From Candidatus Hydrogenedentota bacterium (GTDB lineage: Bacteria; Hydrogenedentota; Hydrogenedentia; Hydrogenedentales; SLHB01), in the NCBI GenBank assembly GCA_963745075.1, contig CAVUWV010000036.1, positions 320,001-384,000 on the forward strand: DNA of 64,000 bases. The letters run 5' to 3'. The position numbers and the translations under genes are program-made. Of this stretch, positions 23,040 through 33,850 are shown piece by piece; within the stretch, counting starts at the first letter, position 1, and each line of letters starts with the position of its first letter. The notes below the pieces were generated by a model, which searched no databases, was not told the origin of the DNA, and saw nothing but the letters and a program-made list of their open reading frames with translations.

Positions 23040-24401
23040 TCATCCAAGTAGTCCAAGTCCGTTGAGGAAAACAAATGCAATGGCGATCGGAGCGATAAAA
23101 CGGATGATAAACAGATAAGCTCCGTAAAAAACTACCCTGACTGTACCCTTATTGGACAATTCATCCTTCAGGACACTCTTCCCAAGGAACCAGCCTACAA
23201 ATAATACAATAAACAAACCACCTACCGGCAACAGAATATTAGCTGAGGTAAAATCAAGAATATCAAAAAGATTTTTCCCAAACAATTGTACTTCGTCCCA
23301 GGGTCCCTGCGACATTGTACAAACAAAACCCAGGATAGCAATGCCAAAGGCAGCCCAAAATGTAGCTTTTTTTCTGGAAATATTAAATTCTTCTGAGAAA
23401 AAGGCAACCACTACCTCCAGTACAGAGATGGAAGAGGTAAGTGCAGCAATGATCAGTAACAGGAAGAAAAGGATGGCAAAGAAATAGCCTGCCGGCATCT
23501 GATTGAATATGTTGGGCAGTGTTATAAACACCAACCCCGGACCTGAAGCCGGTTCAATATGGAAGGCAAATACGGCCGGAAATATAGCGATACCTGCCAG
23601 TACAGCAATAAGGGTATCAGCTGCTGAAACAGCCACTGCAGTATTCCCGAGTTTTTCCTTCTTATGAATATATGAACCATAGGTGATGAGTGTTCCCATA
23701 CCGATACTGAGGGAGAAAAACGACTGTCCGAGTGCTTCTAGAATAACCTTACCGGTAATCTTTGAAAAATCCGGAGCGAACAAAAAGCGGAGCCCCTCGC
23801 CTGCTCCGGGAAGTGTCAGTGCCCTGACACACAAAGCCAGCAATAATACCAGCAGCATGGGCATCAGTATCTTGGAATATTTCTCAATCCCTCTCTGAAC
23901 TCCGGCAATCACAATCCCTGCAGTTAAAAACATGAAGATAAGCTGCCAGAATGCCGGTTGATAGCCACTTGTCCTGAAAGCTTCAAAAGTATTGGTCAAA
24001 GCTGCAGCATCTTCCCCTTTAAATTGATTCAGCAGCGATGAATATAAATATTCCATGGTCCAGCCGGCTACGGTACTATAAAATGCCAGGATCATGAAAG
24101 CAGTCACAATGAACATCAGACCAACCAGGTGCCATTTTGCTTTTGGCTTCAGGAAACGAAATGCTCCATACGGATTGCGTTGTGCGTTTCTTCCGATGAT
24201 AAACTCTGAAAGCATAACCGGTATACCGATGGCCAGAATAAACACGATATATACCAGCAGAAAAGCAGCTCCACCGTTTTCACCTGCAACATACGGGAAT
24301 CGCCAGATGTTACCCAATCCGATAGCCGAGCCGGCTGTGGCCGCAATTACGCCAAGTTTTGAGCCAAAACTGTCACGCAAAGTAGTGTCCAAATTTGCCA
24401 T
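23040..24401 (-). CDS. Sodium-dependent transporter, neurotransmitter:sodium symporter (SNF/NSS) family
   Basis: GSAIGLGNIWRFPY signature; QSFFSLSIG; about 11 hydrophobic helices. Confidence 0.93.
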   Translation of the reverse strand: MANLDTTLRDSFGSKLGVIAATAGSAIGLGNIWRFPYVAGENGGAAFLLVYIVFILAIGIPVMLSEFIIGRNAQRNPYGAFRFLKPKAKWHLVGLMFIVTAFMILAFYSTVAGWTMEYLYSSLLNQFKGEDAAALTNTFEAFRTSGYQPAFWQLIFMFLTAGIVIAGVQRGIEKYSKILMPMLLVLLLALCVRALTLPGAGEGLRFLFAPDFSKITGKVILEALGQSFFSLSIGMGTLITYGSYIHKKEKLGNTAVAVSAADTLIAVLAGIAIFPAVFAFHIEPASGPGLVFITLPNIFNQMPAGYFFAILFFLLLIIAALTSSISVLEVVVAFFSEEFNISRKKATFWAAFGIAILGFVCTMSQGPWDEVQLFGKNLFDILDFTSANILLPVGGLFIVLFVGWFLGKSVLKDELSNKGTVRVVFYGAYLFIIRFIAPIAIAFVFLNGLGLLG

Positions 24402-24506
24402 TTCCTGATCATTTTTTATTATTTCGGGAGTGAAAATACAAAAACATCAGGAATTAGCATTCCAGTTAAATGAATTTCTTGAATGAGTATGATAATATCC
24501 AGGATA

Positions 24507-24902
24507 GGTCACGCATTACAAATGTGCGCCAGACAAGAGTGCATTCCAAAAAAGGTCACAAGCGAGATGCGGCAGTGGGAGCTATTGGATGTGGCAGTGG
24601 GGGAATACAAGAAACGCAGTTTCTTATTCGTTATATTTATATCGTTCATATTACCAATGAATTACAAAGTTTTCTTGTTGCGTTTTTTTCCAGCATATTA
24701 TATTATTCGTGGCTAAAGTGAATAGTTCGGGGTTCAACTCCAAACCTGAGGGTAAAAGTCACAAGAGGATGCTTGCAACAGAGTTAGGCCACAAGCGAGA
24801 CGCTTGGGAGAGTATAAATCTGCTTATTTCAATGAATGGTCACAAGCGAGACGATCCGATAGCTATCGGATGCGACAGTTTAACGCAGACGCTTGCGACA
24901 TG
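24507..24902. repeat. Cluster of degenerate REP-like palindromes (CACAAGCGAGACGCTTG type), one copy interrupted by an insertion
   Basis: CACAAG(C/A)G core at ~24557, ~24760, ~24790 and 24841; 18-bp perfect palindrome ATCCGATAGCTATCGGAT at 24854-24871. Confidence 0.7.
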
Positions 24903-24926
24903 GCCCGGGAGAAAATAAGAGTAAAT

Positions 24927-25775
24927 TTACAATCTCCCCATTTTGCCGGACTGGTAATCGAGCATGGCTTGTTGTATTTCAGCCTGACTGTTCATAACGA
25001 AAGGACCCTGTGCCACTATAGGCTCATTGAAAGGGGTACCATAACCAAAAAGAAGCATTGAATCCTCTTTTGCAATGATTTCAATTTGCTCTTCGTCAGA
25101 ATCAAACTCAACCAGGTTGTGGGTATCTGCTTCCTTCCCGTTCACTTCAACAAGGCCATTTACTAGATACAACAATATATTTTTGTCTTTGGGGACTGCG
25201 GCCTTGTAATTTGCGCCATTTTTCATTTCCAGCCTGCAAATAGAAATATCTGTGACTGGTTCAACCGGTCCTTTTACATTATTAAAAGTACCGGATACTA
25301 CATGAAGCTTTACCTTGCCTTTGTCGGTTTCAGCAACCGGGATTTTCTCCTTCTGTAACCCGGTATAAGCCGGATCCGTCATCTTTAAAGATGCAGGCAG
25401 GTTCAGCCACAACTGGATAATTTCCAGTCTGCCCCCATTTGCAAGAAAATCTTTGGAAGAGACTTCAGTATGCACCAATCCGCGACCTGCTGTCATCCAC
25501 TGAATTCCTCCTTCATTGATGATACTTTCATAGCCGCCTGAATCTTTGTGCATCAGATCGCCGTCCAGTATAAAGGTCAGTGTTTCAAATCCGCGATGCG
25601 GATGGGGACCGAATGGCAACCCGTTGTTGTTCTTTCCATAATCCTGCGGACCATGATGGTTCAGGAACAAAAACGGATCAACGTGATCAATGGTATGCGT
25701 TGGCATGGCCCGGTAAGTGGTCAGATCGCCTATCGGATCACTTATTGCCCGATGTATATTTTTAATCGTTCTCAT
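24927..25775 (-). CDS. Pirin family protein
   Basis: DPFLFLNH, HPHRGFETLT, QWMTAGRGLVHTE, GPFVMN motifs. Confidence 0.95.
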   Translation of the reverse strand: MRTIKNIHRAISDPIGDLTTYRAMPTHTIDHVDPFLFLNHHGPQDYGKNNNGLPFGPHPHRGFETLTFILDGDLMHKDSGGYESIINEGGIQWMTAGRGLVHTEVSSKDFLANGGRLEIIQLWLNLPASLKMTDPAYTGLQKEKIPVAETDKGKVKLHVVSGTFNNVKGPVEPVTDISICRLEMKNGANYKAAVPKDKNILLYLVNGLVEVNGKEADTHNLVEFDSDEEQIEIIAKEDSMLLFGYGTPFNEPIVAQGPFVMNSQAEIQQAMLDYQSGKMGRL

Positions 25776-26016
25776 AACTATTCTCCTTTCTGAGGAAAAC
25801 AGACAAGAAAGTCTTTTGTTTCAATATTAACTATTATTATGACAATCAATGCAATATAAAACCATCTTTCGCACTAATTCAGGGAATTACTACTTAATAA
25901 TTCCGCACCTACGGAGCTGCTGTATGATATTTTTTGTTGATTTTCTACCATAATGTCGTCACTACGTGTCTTGTAGTGCTTATTGTTTTTCGTCATGGTT
26001 TGAGCGGGGTAACATT

Positions 26017-26230
26017 CTCAAACCTTCAAATCTTCAAACAACCAACGTCGCTTGAAACCATTTGGAACAATCTGAAACAACCTGAATCCTTGCCTTTGGC
26101 ATGTGCGGGGGCATGGTGAGGGCAAGAATCACGAGCGGCATTGCGCGACGGAATTGTGGGAGCGAGTAATTACAACCGAACAATCAACTGATTTACTACT
26201 GAATAAACAACTGAGTTATCGAATGAACCA
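26017..26230 (-). repeat. Composite modular intergenic repeat, reverse orientation (12-mer tract, A unit, TCGTGA hairpin, 10-mer tract)
   Basis: The reverse complement reads TACTCGCTCCCAC...TCGTGATTCTTGCC-loop-GGCAAGGATT (hairpin 26085-26134), flanked by CAGTTGTTTATT-type and GTTGTTTCAG-type tracts. Confidence 0.8.
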
Positions 26231-26269
26231 TTCCCTGGATACCCCGGGTAAACCACTCAATCCTTCCCG

Positions 26270-27359
<1,090 letters not shown>

Positions 27360-27436
27360 TTATAAATGGCTGTCGAATTATATTCCAGATTTAAAAATTT
27401 AGAACTTAAATATTAAATTACAAAGTTCTCATAGCT

Positions 27437-27546
27437 AGCAATCCAACCCGCTGCCCCTTGGTCCCCTAAAGGGGTCAGCCCGCGATTTTAACCGAAATTT
27501 CAATCAAAAACGGAGCGAAGGCCCCTTTAGGCTATAGGGGGCGTGC
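27437..27546. repeat. Inverted REP doublet (CCCCTAAAGGGG family)
   Basis: Left arm GCTGCCCCTTGGTCCCCTAAAGGGG, right arm GCCCCTTTAGGCTATAGGGGGC; shares the AGCAATCCAACCCGC flank with 43581. Confidence 0.7.
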
Positions 27547-27585
27547 GAAGGAAAATAATTTTATTAATATAATCTGAAATTCATA

Positions 27586-28104
27586 TTATTTAATTACTTT
27601 ATAATACAACTGCACCAAACCGCTTGAAAACACTTTGAAATCAGTTAATTTAAGATTCGTGCGCTTATCAAAATCATTAAACAATGGCTTTCCTTTGCCC
27701 AGCAACAAAGGATGAACCGATATCATCATTTCATCAATCAGGTTACATGCCAGGAAAGAAGCAGCCAGTTTTGCCCCACCAAAAAGCCACAAATCCTTTC
27801 CGGGTGCCGAAAGAATTTCATGCATGTCCTGATCGGGTGCTGCTTTCATCAGTTCATAGCCTTTCTCCACATTCTTTAAGCTGGTTGAAAAAACAATCTT
27901 CCTTTTATCGGCAAAAGCGTTGGGAAGGTCCCGGATCAGTTGTTCATAGCTTATTCTTCCCAACAGGATTGTGTCAATCCCTTCCAGAAAAGAGGTCATC
28001 GAATAATCCTGGTCTGTGAAACACCAGTCGATGGCTCCGTTTTCGCCCTCAATAAAAAAATCAAGACTGGTACAGAGGCTGAGTACTATCTTTCTGTGAT
28101 TCAT
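27586..28104 (-). CDS. Dihydrofolate reductase-like / RibD C-terminal domain protein
   Basis: RKIVLSLCTSLDFFIEG, LLGRISY, LWLFGGAKL, VHPLLLGKGKPLF, GLVQLYY motifs. Confidence 0.88.
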   Translation of the reverse strand: MNHRKIVLSLCTSLDFFIEGENGAIDWCFTDQDYSMTSFLEGIDTILLGRISYEQLIRDLPNAFADKRKIVFSTSLKNVEKGYELMKAAPDQDMHEILSAPGKDLWLFGGAKLAASFLACNLIDEMMISVHPLLLGKGKPLFNDFDKRTNLKLTDFKVFSSGLVQLYYKVIK

Positions 28105-28116
28105 ATTTATATTTAT

Positions 28117-28947
28117 CTAAATCATCTCTTTCTCAAATAACTCTATCATCTCACCCGCAATACTGTAATCCCCGGGATGTGGCGGCAAATTTCCCCGCTC
28201 ATACCAGGCCAGTTCGGCAATCTCCTCCGGATCGGGAACCAGTTCCTGTGTTTCATCTGCTTCTGCGATATAAGCTACCATCAATGAACCTGAGTAAGGC
28301 CAGGGCTGACTTTTGTAGTACCGCAGATTGCGAATACTGATTCCTGTCTCTTCCTTTACTTCACGAATGACAGTCTGCTCCAGTGATTCACCAACTTCAA
28401 CATAACCGGCAATGACGGAATAAAATTTACCCCGGAATTTGGTATTCTGTGCAAGTAAAATCTTATTACCCGAAGTAATGGCCACGATGACGGCAGGCGA
28501 TACATTGGGATAGACAACTTTTCCGCATGAGGGACAAACAATTTCCCTGACATCTTTTTTCAAGACGGTTTTCGTTCCGCAATGCCCGCAATATTGATTA
28601 GAGATGTACCACGTCATAAGCTGATAGCCCAGCACACCCATCCAGGAAACCTCTCCGTTTTTTAACAAGCGGAGGTCAAAGATTTTTTTATAAATGAAGT
28701 TTTCTTTGTCATCAGGAAAATCAAACAGCAAAAAGAAGTGACTCCCATTCAGTGCAAACAGATAAATTGCTTGATTGGTATCTGGCAGAGGGCTGAAGTC
28801 TTTTTTACGGGGAATCGATAACTCCTCCCCCTCCTGTTTTAGCAAGATCTGATCATCCTTATAACAAAGCAGGTAATCATTGTCCTGTACCTCCTGCACC
28901 ATCTGAAACTGATTGTCAAACGTACCCTGCAAAATTTCGTGTAACAT
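28117..28947 (-). CDS. nudC: NAD(+)/NADH diphosphatase NudC
   Basis: Zinc ribbon CGHCG...CPSC; Nudix box GYVEVGESLEQTVIREVKEETG; SQPWP. Probable start MLHEIL at 28947. Confidence 0.93.
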   Translation of the reverse strand: MLHEILQGTFDNQFQMVQEVQDNDYLLCYKDDQILLKQEGEELSIPRKKDFSPLPDTNQAIYLFALNGSHFFLLFDFPDDKENFIYKKIFDLRLLKNGEVSWMGVLGYQLMTWYISNQYCGHCGTKTVLKKDVREIVCPSCGKVVYPNVSPAVIVAITSGNKILLAQNTKFRGKFYSVIAGYVEVGESLEQTVIREVKEETGISIRNLRYYKSQPWPYSGSLMVAYIAEADETQELVPDPEEIAELAWYERGNLPPHPGDYSIAGEMIELFEKEMI

Positions 28948-29163
28948 AAGAATTGGTATTAATCTGTTAAGAAAATAAACATTTCTGAAAGCTGAATGTT
29001 TGCAACAACTTTTCAGGAAAAAGTCAAAATCCATTCAAAAATACCGGTTTAAAAATTAAATCCTGCTGTGTTAACCGGCATTTTTAAGGCATTCGCCGAT
29101 TTCTGCTTCCCCAAAACATCCGTCAGTGTTATTTTTATATCACAAATTGAAAATTACATTATC

Positions 29164-30654
29164 ATGAATAAAAAGATCACTATTATCGGGGGAGGTATCG
29201 CCGGTTTATCAACCGGAATCTACGGACAGATAAACGGCTATCATACTGAAATAATTGAGATGCATAAACGGCCTGGCGGGCAGTGTACCACCTGGGAGCG
29301 GAAGGGATTTCGTTTTGACTATTGCCTGCACTGGCTGGTAGGTACTAAAAACGGCATGTATAAAGACATGTGGAAGGATACAAATGTACTGAATAATGAC
29401 ACCAAAATAATTGATCATGAAATATTCGGCCAAATGATCAATGAGAAAGAAGAAGAATTTACCATTTACACCAACATTGATCGCTGGGAGCAATACCTGT
29501 TGGAAATGGCTCCTGAAGACAAAAAAGCAATCAGAAGAATGTGCAGGCACATGCGAAAAGGAAGGAGTTTCGCTCCTTTCATCCCTGTGCGTACAATGAA
29601 AGATGCTGCAAACAATGTATCTACCTTTTTCAGTATGTTACCAGTTTTTCTGTTGTTTGTCCGTTTTGGCAAAAAAGACTGTGCTGCCTATTTCAAAAAA
29701 CTTGGCTTCAAAAACCCGAAGCTAACCTGGTTTCTGCACAACACCTATGGCAAACTCAATTTCGCAGCTATTGCTTTTATACTGATGCTGGGGTGGTTCG
29801 ACCAGAAAAATGCCGGTTACATAATTGGTGGTTCCCAGGCGTTGATTGACCGCATGAAAGACCGGTATCTGACATTAGGAGGCAAGCTTACCACCGGTAA
29901 GAGAGTAAAAAGGATTATGGTTGAAAATAATACAGCAAAAGGAGTTGAACTTGCTGATGGCACTATGGTACATAGTGATTATGTTATCAGTGCTGCGGAT
30001 GGCCACTCTACAATTTTTAATATGCTGGGAGGTAAATATATTTCCAAACAACATCGTGATGCCTATCAGAACTGGGAACTCTTCACTCCCATTGTACAGG
30101 TGTCTTTCGGTATGGATGCAGTGGTCAATCAGGATGCCCCGGCTGCCATGTACCTGACAGAAAACAAGATGATCGGATCCACAAAACTAAAATCAGGGTA
30201 TACCATTATGAATTATGCATTTGACCCGACGATGGCTCCAAAAGGAAAATCGGTGATTGTACTGCGATTTGAAAGTCCGTGGGAAATCTGGGAGCATATG
30301 GATGAAAACACCTACAAAGAAGAGAAAGAAAAGATCAGGAAAGAAGCACTGTCAATTTTAGAATATCATTACCCTGTTGTTACGGGCAAAATAATGGTGA
30401 CTGATATTGCCACGCCTCGCACCGGGGTGAGATATACAGGAGTATGGAAAGCATCTTACGAAGGATTTATGCCTTCAAAGGAAAACATAACCAAAACACT
30501 AAAAAACACCCTACCCGGACTGGATAATTTCTATCTGGCCGGTCAGTGGTTGTATCCGGGAGGCGGATTACCCCCTTCAGCTGATTCGGGACGAAAAGCC
30601 ATCCGGCAGATTTGTAAAAAAGAGAAGAAGCCGTTTTTACATTACAGCAGATAA
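29164..30654 (+). CDS. Phytoene-desaturase-like NAD(P)/FAD-dependent oxidoreductase
   Basis: N-terminal IIGGGIAGL; PGGQCTTWERKGFRFD; ATP..RYTG; NFYLAGQWLYPGGGLP. Start at ATG 29164. Confidence 0.85.
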   Translation: MNKKITIIGGGIAGLSTGIYGQINGYHTEIIEMHKRPGGQCTTWERKGFRFDYCLHWLVGTKNGMYKDMWKDTNVLNNDTKIIDHEIFGQMINEKEEEFTIYTNIDRWEQYLLEMAPEDKKAIRRMCRHMRKGRSFAPFIPVRTMKDAANNVSTFFSMLPVFLLFVRFGKKDCAAYFKKLGFKNPKLTWFLHNTYGKLNFAAIAFILMLGWFDQKNAGYIIGGSQALIDRMKDRYLTLGGKLTTGKRVKRIMVENNTAKGVELADGTMVHSDYVISAADGHSTIFNMLGGKYISKQHRDAYQNWELFTPIVQVSFGMDAVVNQDAPAAMYLTENKMIGSTKLKSGYTIMNYAFDPTMAPKGKSVIVLRFESPWEIWEHMDENTYKEEKEKIRKEALSILEYHYPVVTGKIMVTDIATPRTGVRYTGVWKASYEGFMPSKENITKTLKNTLPGLDNFYLAGQWLYPGGGLPPSADSGRKAIRQICKKEKKPFLHYSR

Positions 30655-30657
30655 CTT

Positions 30658-31131
30658 TTAATCTTCTGAAATATCACATATCTCAGCATCCGAGGCCTTT
30701 ATCAGGTCAGCGGGTGCTATTTTTAACTGAAGTCCGCGGATACCTGCACTTACATAAATCTTTTCATAATTCCGGCAGGTTTCATGAATATAAGTGGGAT
30801 ACTTTTTCTTCATCCCAACAGGCGAACAACCTCCCCGTATATAGCCTGTAAGCCCCAGAATCTCTTTCATCTGTACCATGGCTGCTTTCTTGTTGCCGGA
30901 AACTTTGGCAGCTTTCTTAAGATCAACCTCAGTATTCCCGGGAATGATGGCAACAAACACGCCTGTTTTATCGCCTCGCAGCACCAGCGTCTTGAAAACC
31001 TCTTCAACCGGCTCCCCCACTTTGGCAGCGACAGTCTGAGCGCTCAGGTCATTTTCATCTACTTCATAAGGTACCAGCTCATAAGGTATGCCCTGTTTGT
31101 CGAGTAACCGGGCAGTGTTGGTTTTTTGCAT
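30658..31131 (-). CDS. ybaK: Cys-tRNA(Pro) deacylase YbaK
   Basis: KTNTARLLD, VFKTLV, TGYIRGGCSPVG, VSAGIRG motifs. Confidence 0.95.
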   Translation of the reverse strand: MQKTNTARLLDKQGIPYELVPYEVDENDLSAQTVAAKVGEPVEEVFKTLVLRGDKTGVFVAIIPGNTEVDLKKAAKVSGNKKAAMVQMKEILGLTGYIRGGCSPVGMKKKYPTYIHETCRNYEKIYVSAGIRGLQLKIAPADLIKASDAEICDISED

Positions 31132-31134
31132 TTT

Positions 31135-31545
31135 TTCGGTTGTTTATCAGTTGTATATTCAATTGATTATTCAGTAGAGACTCGGTTGTGATTCGATTGT
31201 TTCATGAGTTCCATGTTGTTTAAATGGAAAACGCAAAGCTCCTCTGTCACCTTGTTACTTTGTTACCTTGTCACAGCCCATGTTACTCACTCCCGCATGG
31301 CCAGGCCACAACCCGTTCGTGATCCTTGCCTTCACCAGGCCCTCGCTCCTGCCAAAGGCAAGGATTCAGTTGTTTATAAGTTAGATGGTTCAAGCATCCG
31401 CTTGGACCCCTTATTTTTATTCTGTCGTTTTTATTGTTCCATTAGTTTCATATGGTTTCAAGTTGTTTCAAATAGTTTCAGGCGTTTCAATTTGCCAGCT
31501 CTACCGCGAGTCTCCACCATGGCGCAAGTATTTACTTGTGCCCCG
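31135..31545 (+). repeat. Composite modular intergenic repeat containing the 83-nt conserved core (31284-31366)
   Basis: Module order: 12-mer tract, TTGTTACC 8-mers, A unit, hairpin TCCTTGCC/GGCAAGGA, GGTTCAAGC..GCTTGGACC hairpin, GTTTCAA 10-mers, then GGCGCAAGTATTTACTTGTGCC. The core is identical to the reverse complement of 61699-61781. Confidence 0.9.
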
Positions 31546-31793
31546 GATTATCAGTTTCAGTTTACACGCTCTTACTTTACTAAAAAATGATAAAAGTTCC
31601 AAGTCACGTAGAGACGACATTATGCTAAAACATTCATAAAATAACATATATAGTAGCTCCGTAAAGCATTATTCATTTATTTCCTATAGATACAGGTATT
31701 TCAAATAATTTCAGTTTTTTAAATATACACATTCTCTAAAATCAGTATTTCAAATTTACATATGTAATCAATAAATAAAACCTTAATTATTTA

Positions 31794-31801
31794 TAACTTT
31801 G
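31794..31801 (+). promoter_or_regulatory. Bacteroidota housekeeping -7 promoter box for the DUF433/PIN pair
   Basis: TAACTTTG matches TAnnTTTG, 15 nt before ATG 31817. Confidence 0.5.
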
Positions 31802-31816
31802 ATAAAAGCTTAAATT

Positions 31817-32050
31817 ATGAATCCATTACTAAAGCGCATAACAACCGACCCAGAAATCTGTCATGGCAAACCCTGCATACGGGGAATGAGATGGCCGGTT
31901 GAAGTTATTATTGATATGCTTGGTTCGGGAATGACTACAGAACAAATACTTGAAGATCACCCGGAGCTTGAAAAGGATGATATTCTTGCAAGCCTTAACT
32001 TCGCCAGGTTATATCTTTCCGGATATTCAATAACCGATGTAGAATCATGA
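31817..32050 (+). CDS. DUF433 protein (putative antitoxin)
   Basis: RITTDPEICHGKPCIRGMR and GMTTEQILEDHPELE motifs; ATGA overlap with the next gene. Confidence 0.92.
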   Translation: MNPLLKRITTDPEICHGKPCIRGMRWPVEVIIDMLGSGMTTEQILEDHPELEKDDILASLNFARLYLSGYSITDVES

Positions 32051-32406
32051 AATTTCTTTGTGATGTACATATACCCATAAAACTTGCAAATCATTTAAAA
32101 TCTTTGGGTTTCGAAGCTCTTCATGTAAATAATATATTGGAAGGATCAAAAACAAAGGATAATGATATAAGTAATTTTGCAGATGAACAAGACTTTATTG
32201 TTATTACCAAGGATTCTGATTTCCGTGATTCATATTTTATCAAACAAACTCCTAAAAAACTCATTAAAATAAACCTGGGGAATGTTTCTAACAACGAATT
32301 GAAAGATATTATTATTAATCATTTAAATATTCTAAGAAGATTATATCCTCAGTCACACTTCTTATTAGAGATCAACAAAGATGATCCACATCTTTTAATC
32401 AAGTAA
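32047..32406 (+). CDS. DUF5615 PIN-like protein (putative toxin)
   Basis: MKFLCDVH, VITKDSDF and INLGNVSN motifs. Confidence 0.9.
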   Translation: MKFLCDVHIPIKLANHLKSLGFEALHVNNILEGSKTKDNDISNFADEQDFIVITKDSDFRDSYFIKQTPKKLIKINLGNVSNNELKDIIINHLNILRRLYPQSHFLLEINKDDPHLLIK

Positions 32407-32489
32407 TGACAATTCCTAAAAGAATTATTTGCCTGAAAATCGAGAATCCTCGAAATTGTATACTCAACAAAGTTGAGAATAATTTCGGG

Positions 32490-32802
32490 ACCCACACGAG
32501 GCCTTCGCTCAATCCTAAGGCAAGGATTATCTCCACTCCCACAAGCTTAGCCACCAGCCGGAGGGTACTCCCTCACACATGCCGGGCCACGGGCTGGAGG
32601 GTACTCCCTCACACGAGCCTGGCCACAGCCTGGTCGTGAGCTTTGTCACCCACAATCCGCCCACAAACCTGACAAAGGTTCGTGAGCTTGACCCGCGCAA
32701 AGCCTGCCCTGCTAGCCAAAGGTCAAGGTTCGTGATCCATGTTCCGATTTTATCAAATCTTTGATTCTACCAGGCCCTTGCTCAAATCCAGAGGCAAGGA
32801 TT
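32490..32802 (+). repeat. Tandem array of ~36-nt A units and TCGTGA-tagged hairpins
   Basis: TACTCCCTCACAC at 32566 and 32602 (36-nt period). TCGTGA at 32634, 32680 and 32730, with stems CTTTGTCA/TGACAAAG and CTTGACC/GGTCAAG. Confidence 0.85.
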
Positions 32803-33354
32803 TAAATTGTTTCTTTTTCTTTCAATCCGAGTTTGGGTTTATTTAACTTCTTAATTGATTCTCTAATCTTGTCCCTTGTCTCTGATTGAAGGAAAGTGGG
32901 TATCAAAATATTTAAACTGATCCCTAAAATCCGATGAATAATTACCAAATCTTTTAATGTGAACTGAGATACACCATTTATCAGTTCACTCATATACGAT
33001 TTTGGATGACCTAAGATTAATCCCAGGTCTTGTTGGGTCATATCATAATCCTTTAAGTTTTTTTCTAATAGTATCCTTTCGTTTACTGATAAATTTTTGT
33101 TCATAATTCACAATCTCCTCTGCTTTATCAGATTCCTCTATTTGTGAATCAGTGATTTTATCAAAATCAGACCATTCTCTATCCTCGTAGTCTTTAATCA
33201 AATCACGAAGTTTCTTACGTATGGGTTTTAAATCCGGATTCTCATCAATCATTAATCGTAACTTGCGCTCTAGTAATGATGCCTTTTTCAAATCATACTC
33301 ATTTTCTAACCTTTCAATTTTCGCAACCTCTTTTATGTCAAAAATTTCTTTCAT
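32802..33354 (-). pseudogene. higA: HigA-like HTH antitoxin; frameshifted as sequenced
   Basis: The N-terminal half (33043..33354) and the HTH half (MTQQDLGLILGHPKSYMSELING) join if one base is removed from the T7 run at 33058-33064 or the adjacent T3. Confidence 0.75.
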
Positions 33355-33365
33355 GATTACACATT

Positions 33366-33707
33366 TTAAATCCAGTTATTATCTCTCAACCATTTTTTAA
33401 TTACATTACGATTGTTTTTAAAGGTCAGTTCGTAATCATCATGACTCCCGGCCCAAACAATCGTTGCTTCTCCGTTTTCTTCTAATTCAATCATTATTAA
33501 AGTTCGATGTATATTGATATTGAAGAAATAAAACTCTCCACCATAAACACAATCAGCATCAGGACGTTTTTCGGTTAAATCATGAGGCGTTTCCCAATTG
33601 CTATCCTCAATATCAGCAATCAACTGTTGGACAGCTTTCAATAATTTTGAGTTTCCTCTGTTTTTCCGAATAAGTTTACCCAAAATGTGTTTATTTATGA
33701 TTCTCAA
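33366..33707 (-). CDS. higB: HigB/RelE-like type II toxin
   Basis: MRIIN start; W.TP.DL...RPDADCV, FFNI and GSHDDYE motifs; toxin precedes the HTH antitoxin. Confidence 0.82.
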   Translation of the reverse strand: MRIINKHILGKLIRKNRGNSKLLKAVQQLIADIEDSNWETPHDLTEKRPDADCVYGGEFYFFNINIHRTLIMIELEENGEATIVWAGSHDDYELTFKNNRNVIKKWLRDNNWI

Positions 33708-33733
33708 ATCATTTTTGTTTTTTTATTCTACAG

Positions 33734-33768
33734 CAAATATAATAAAATAGTTCTGAAATAATCAGAAC
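33734..33768 (-). promoter_or_regulatory. higBA promoter -7 box and candidate operator palindrome
   Basis: TATATTTG on the minus strand at 33741-33734; inverted repeat GTTCTGA-N5-TCAGAAC at 33750-33768. Confidence 0.5.
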
Positions 33769-33850
33769 AAACATTCTTTTATTTACCGCCCCTTAATTGC
33801 TCCCTCTGTTGCGGAAATGCTGTTCGTACCTACCACCTGTGACATCCCCC

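Noticed and set aside
29164..30654. Carotenoid biosynthesis cluster
   Set aside because: There are no crtB, crtY or crtE neighbours; this is a stand-alone family member.
31317..31375. Integron attC sites flanking the TA cassettes
   Set aside because: No paired RYYYAAC/GTTRRRY cores, no integrase, and the repeats also occur between ordinary genes in either orientation.
31204..31590. Recurring small ORFs containing MARPQPVRDPCLHQALAP (also 47939..48139 and 61505..61768)
   Set aside because: These are translations of the non-coding 83-nt repeat core; other family members lack the ATG and the flanking frames differ.
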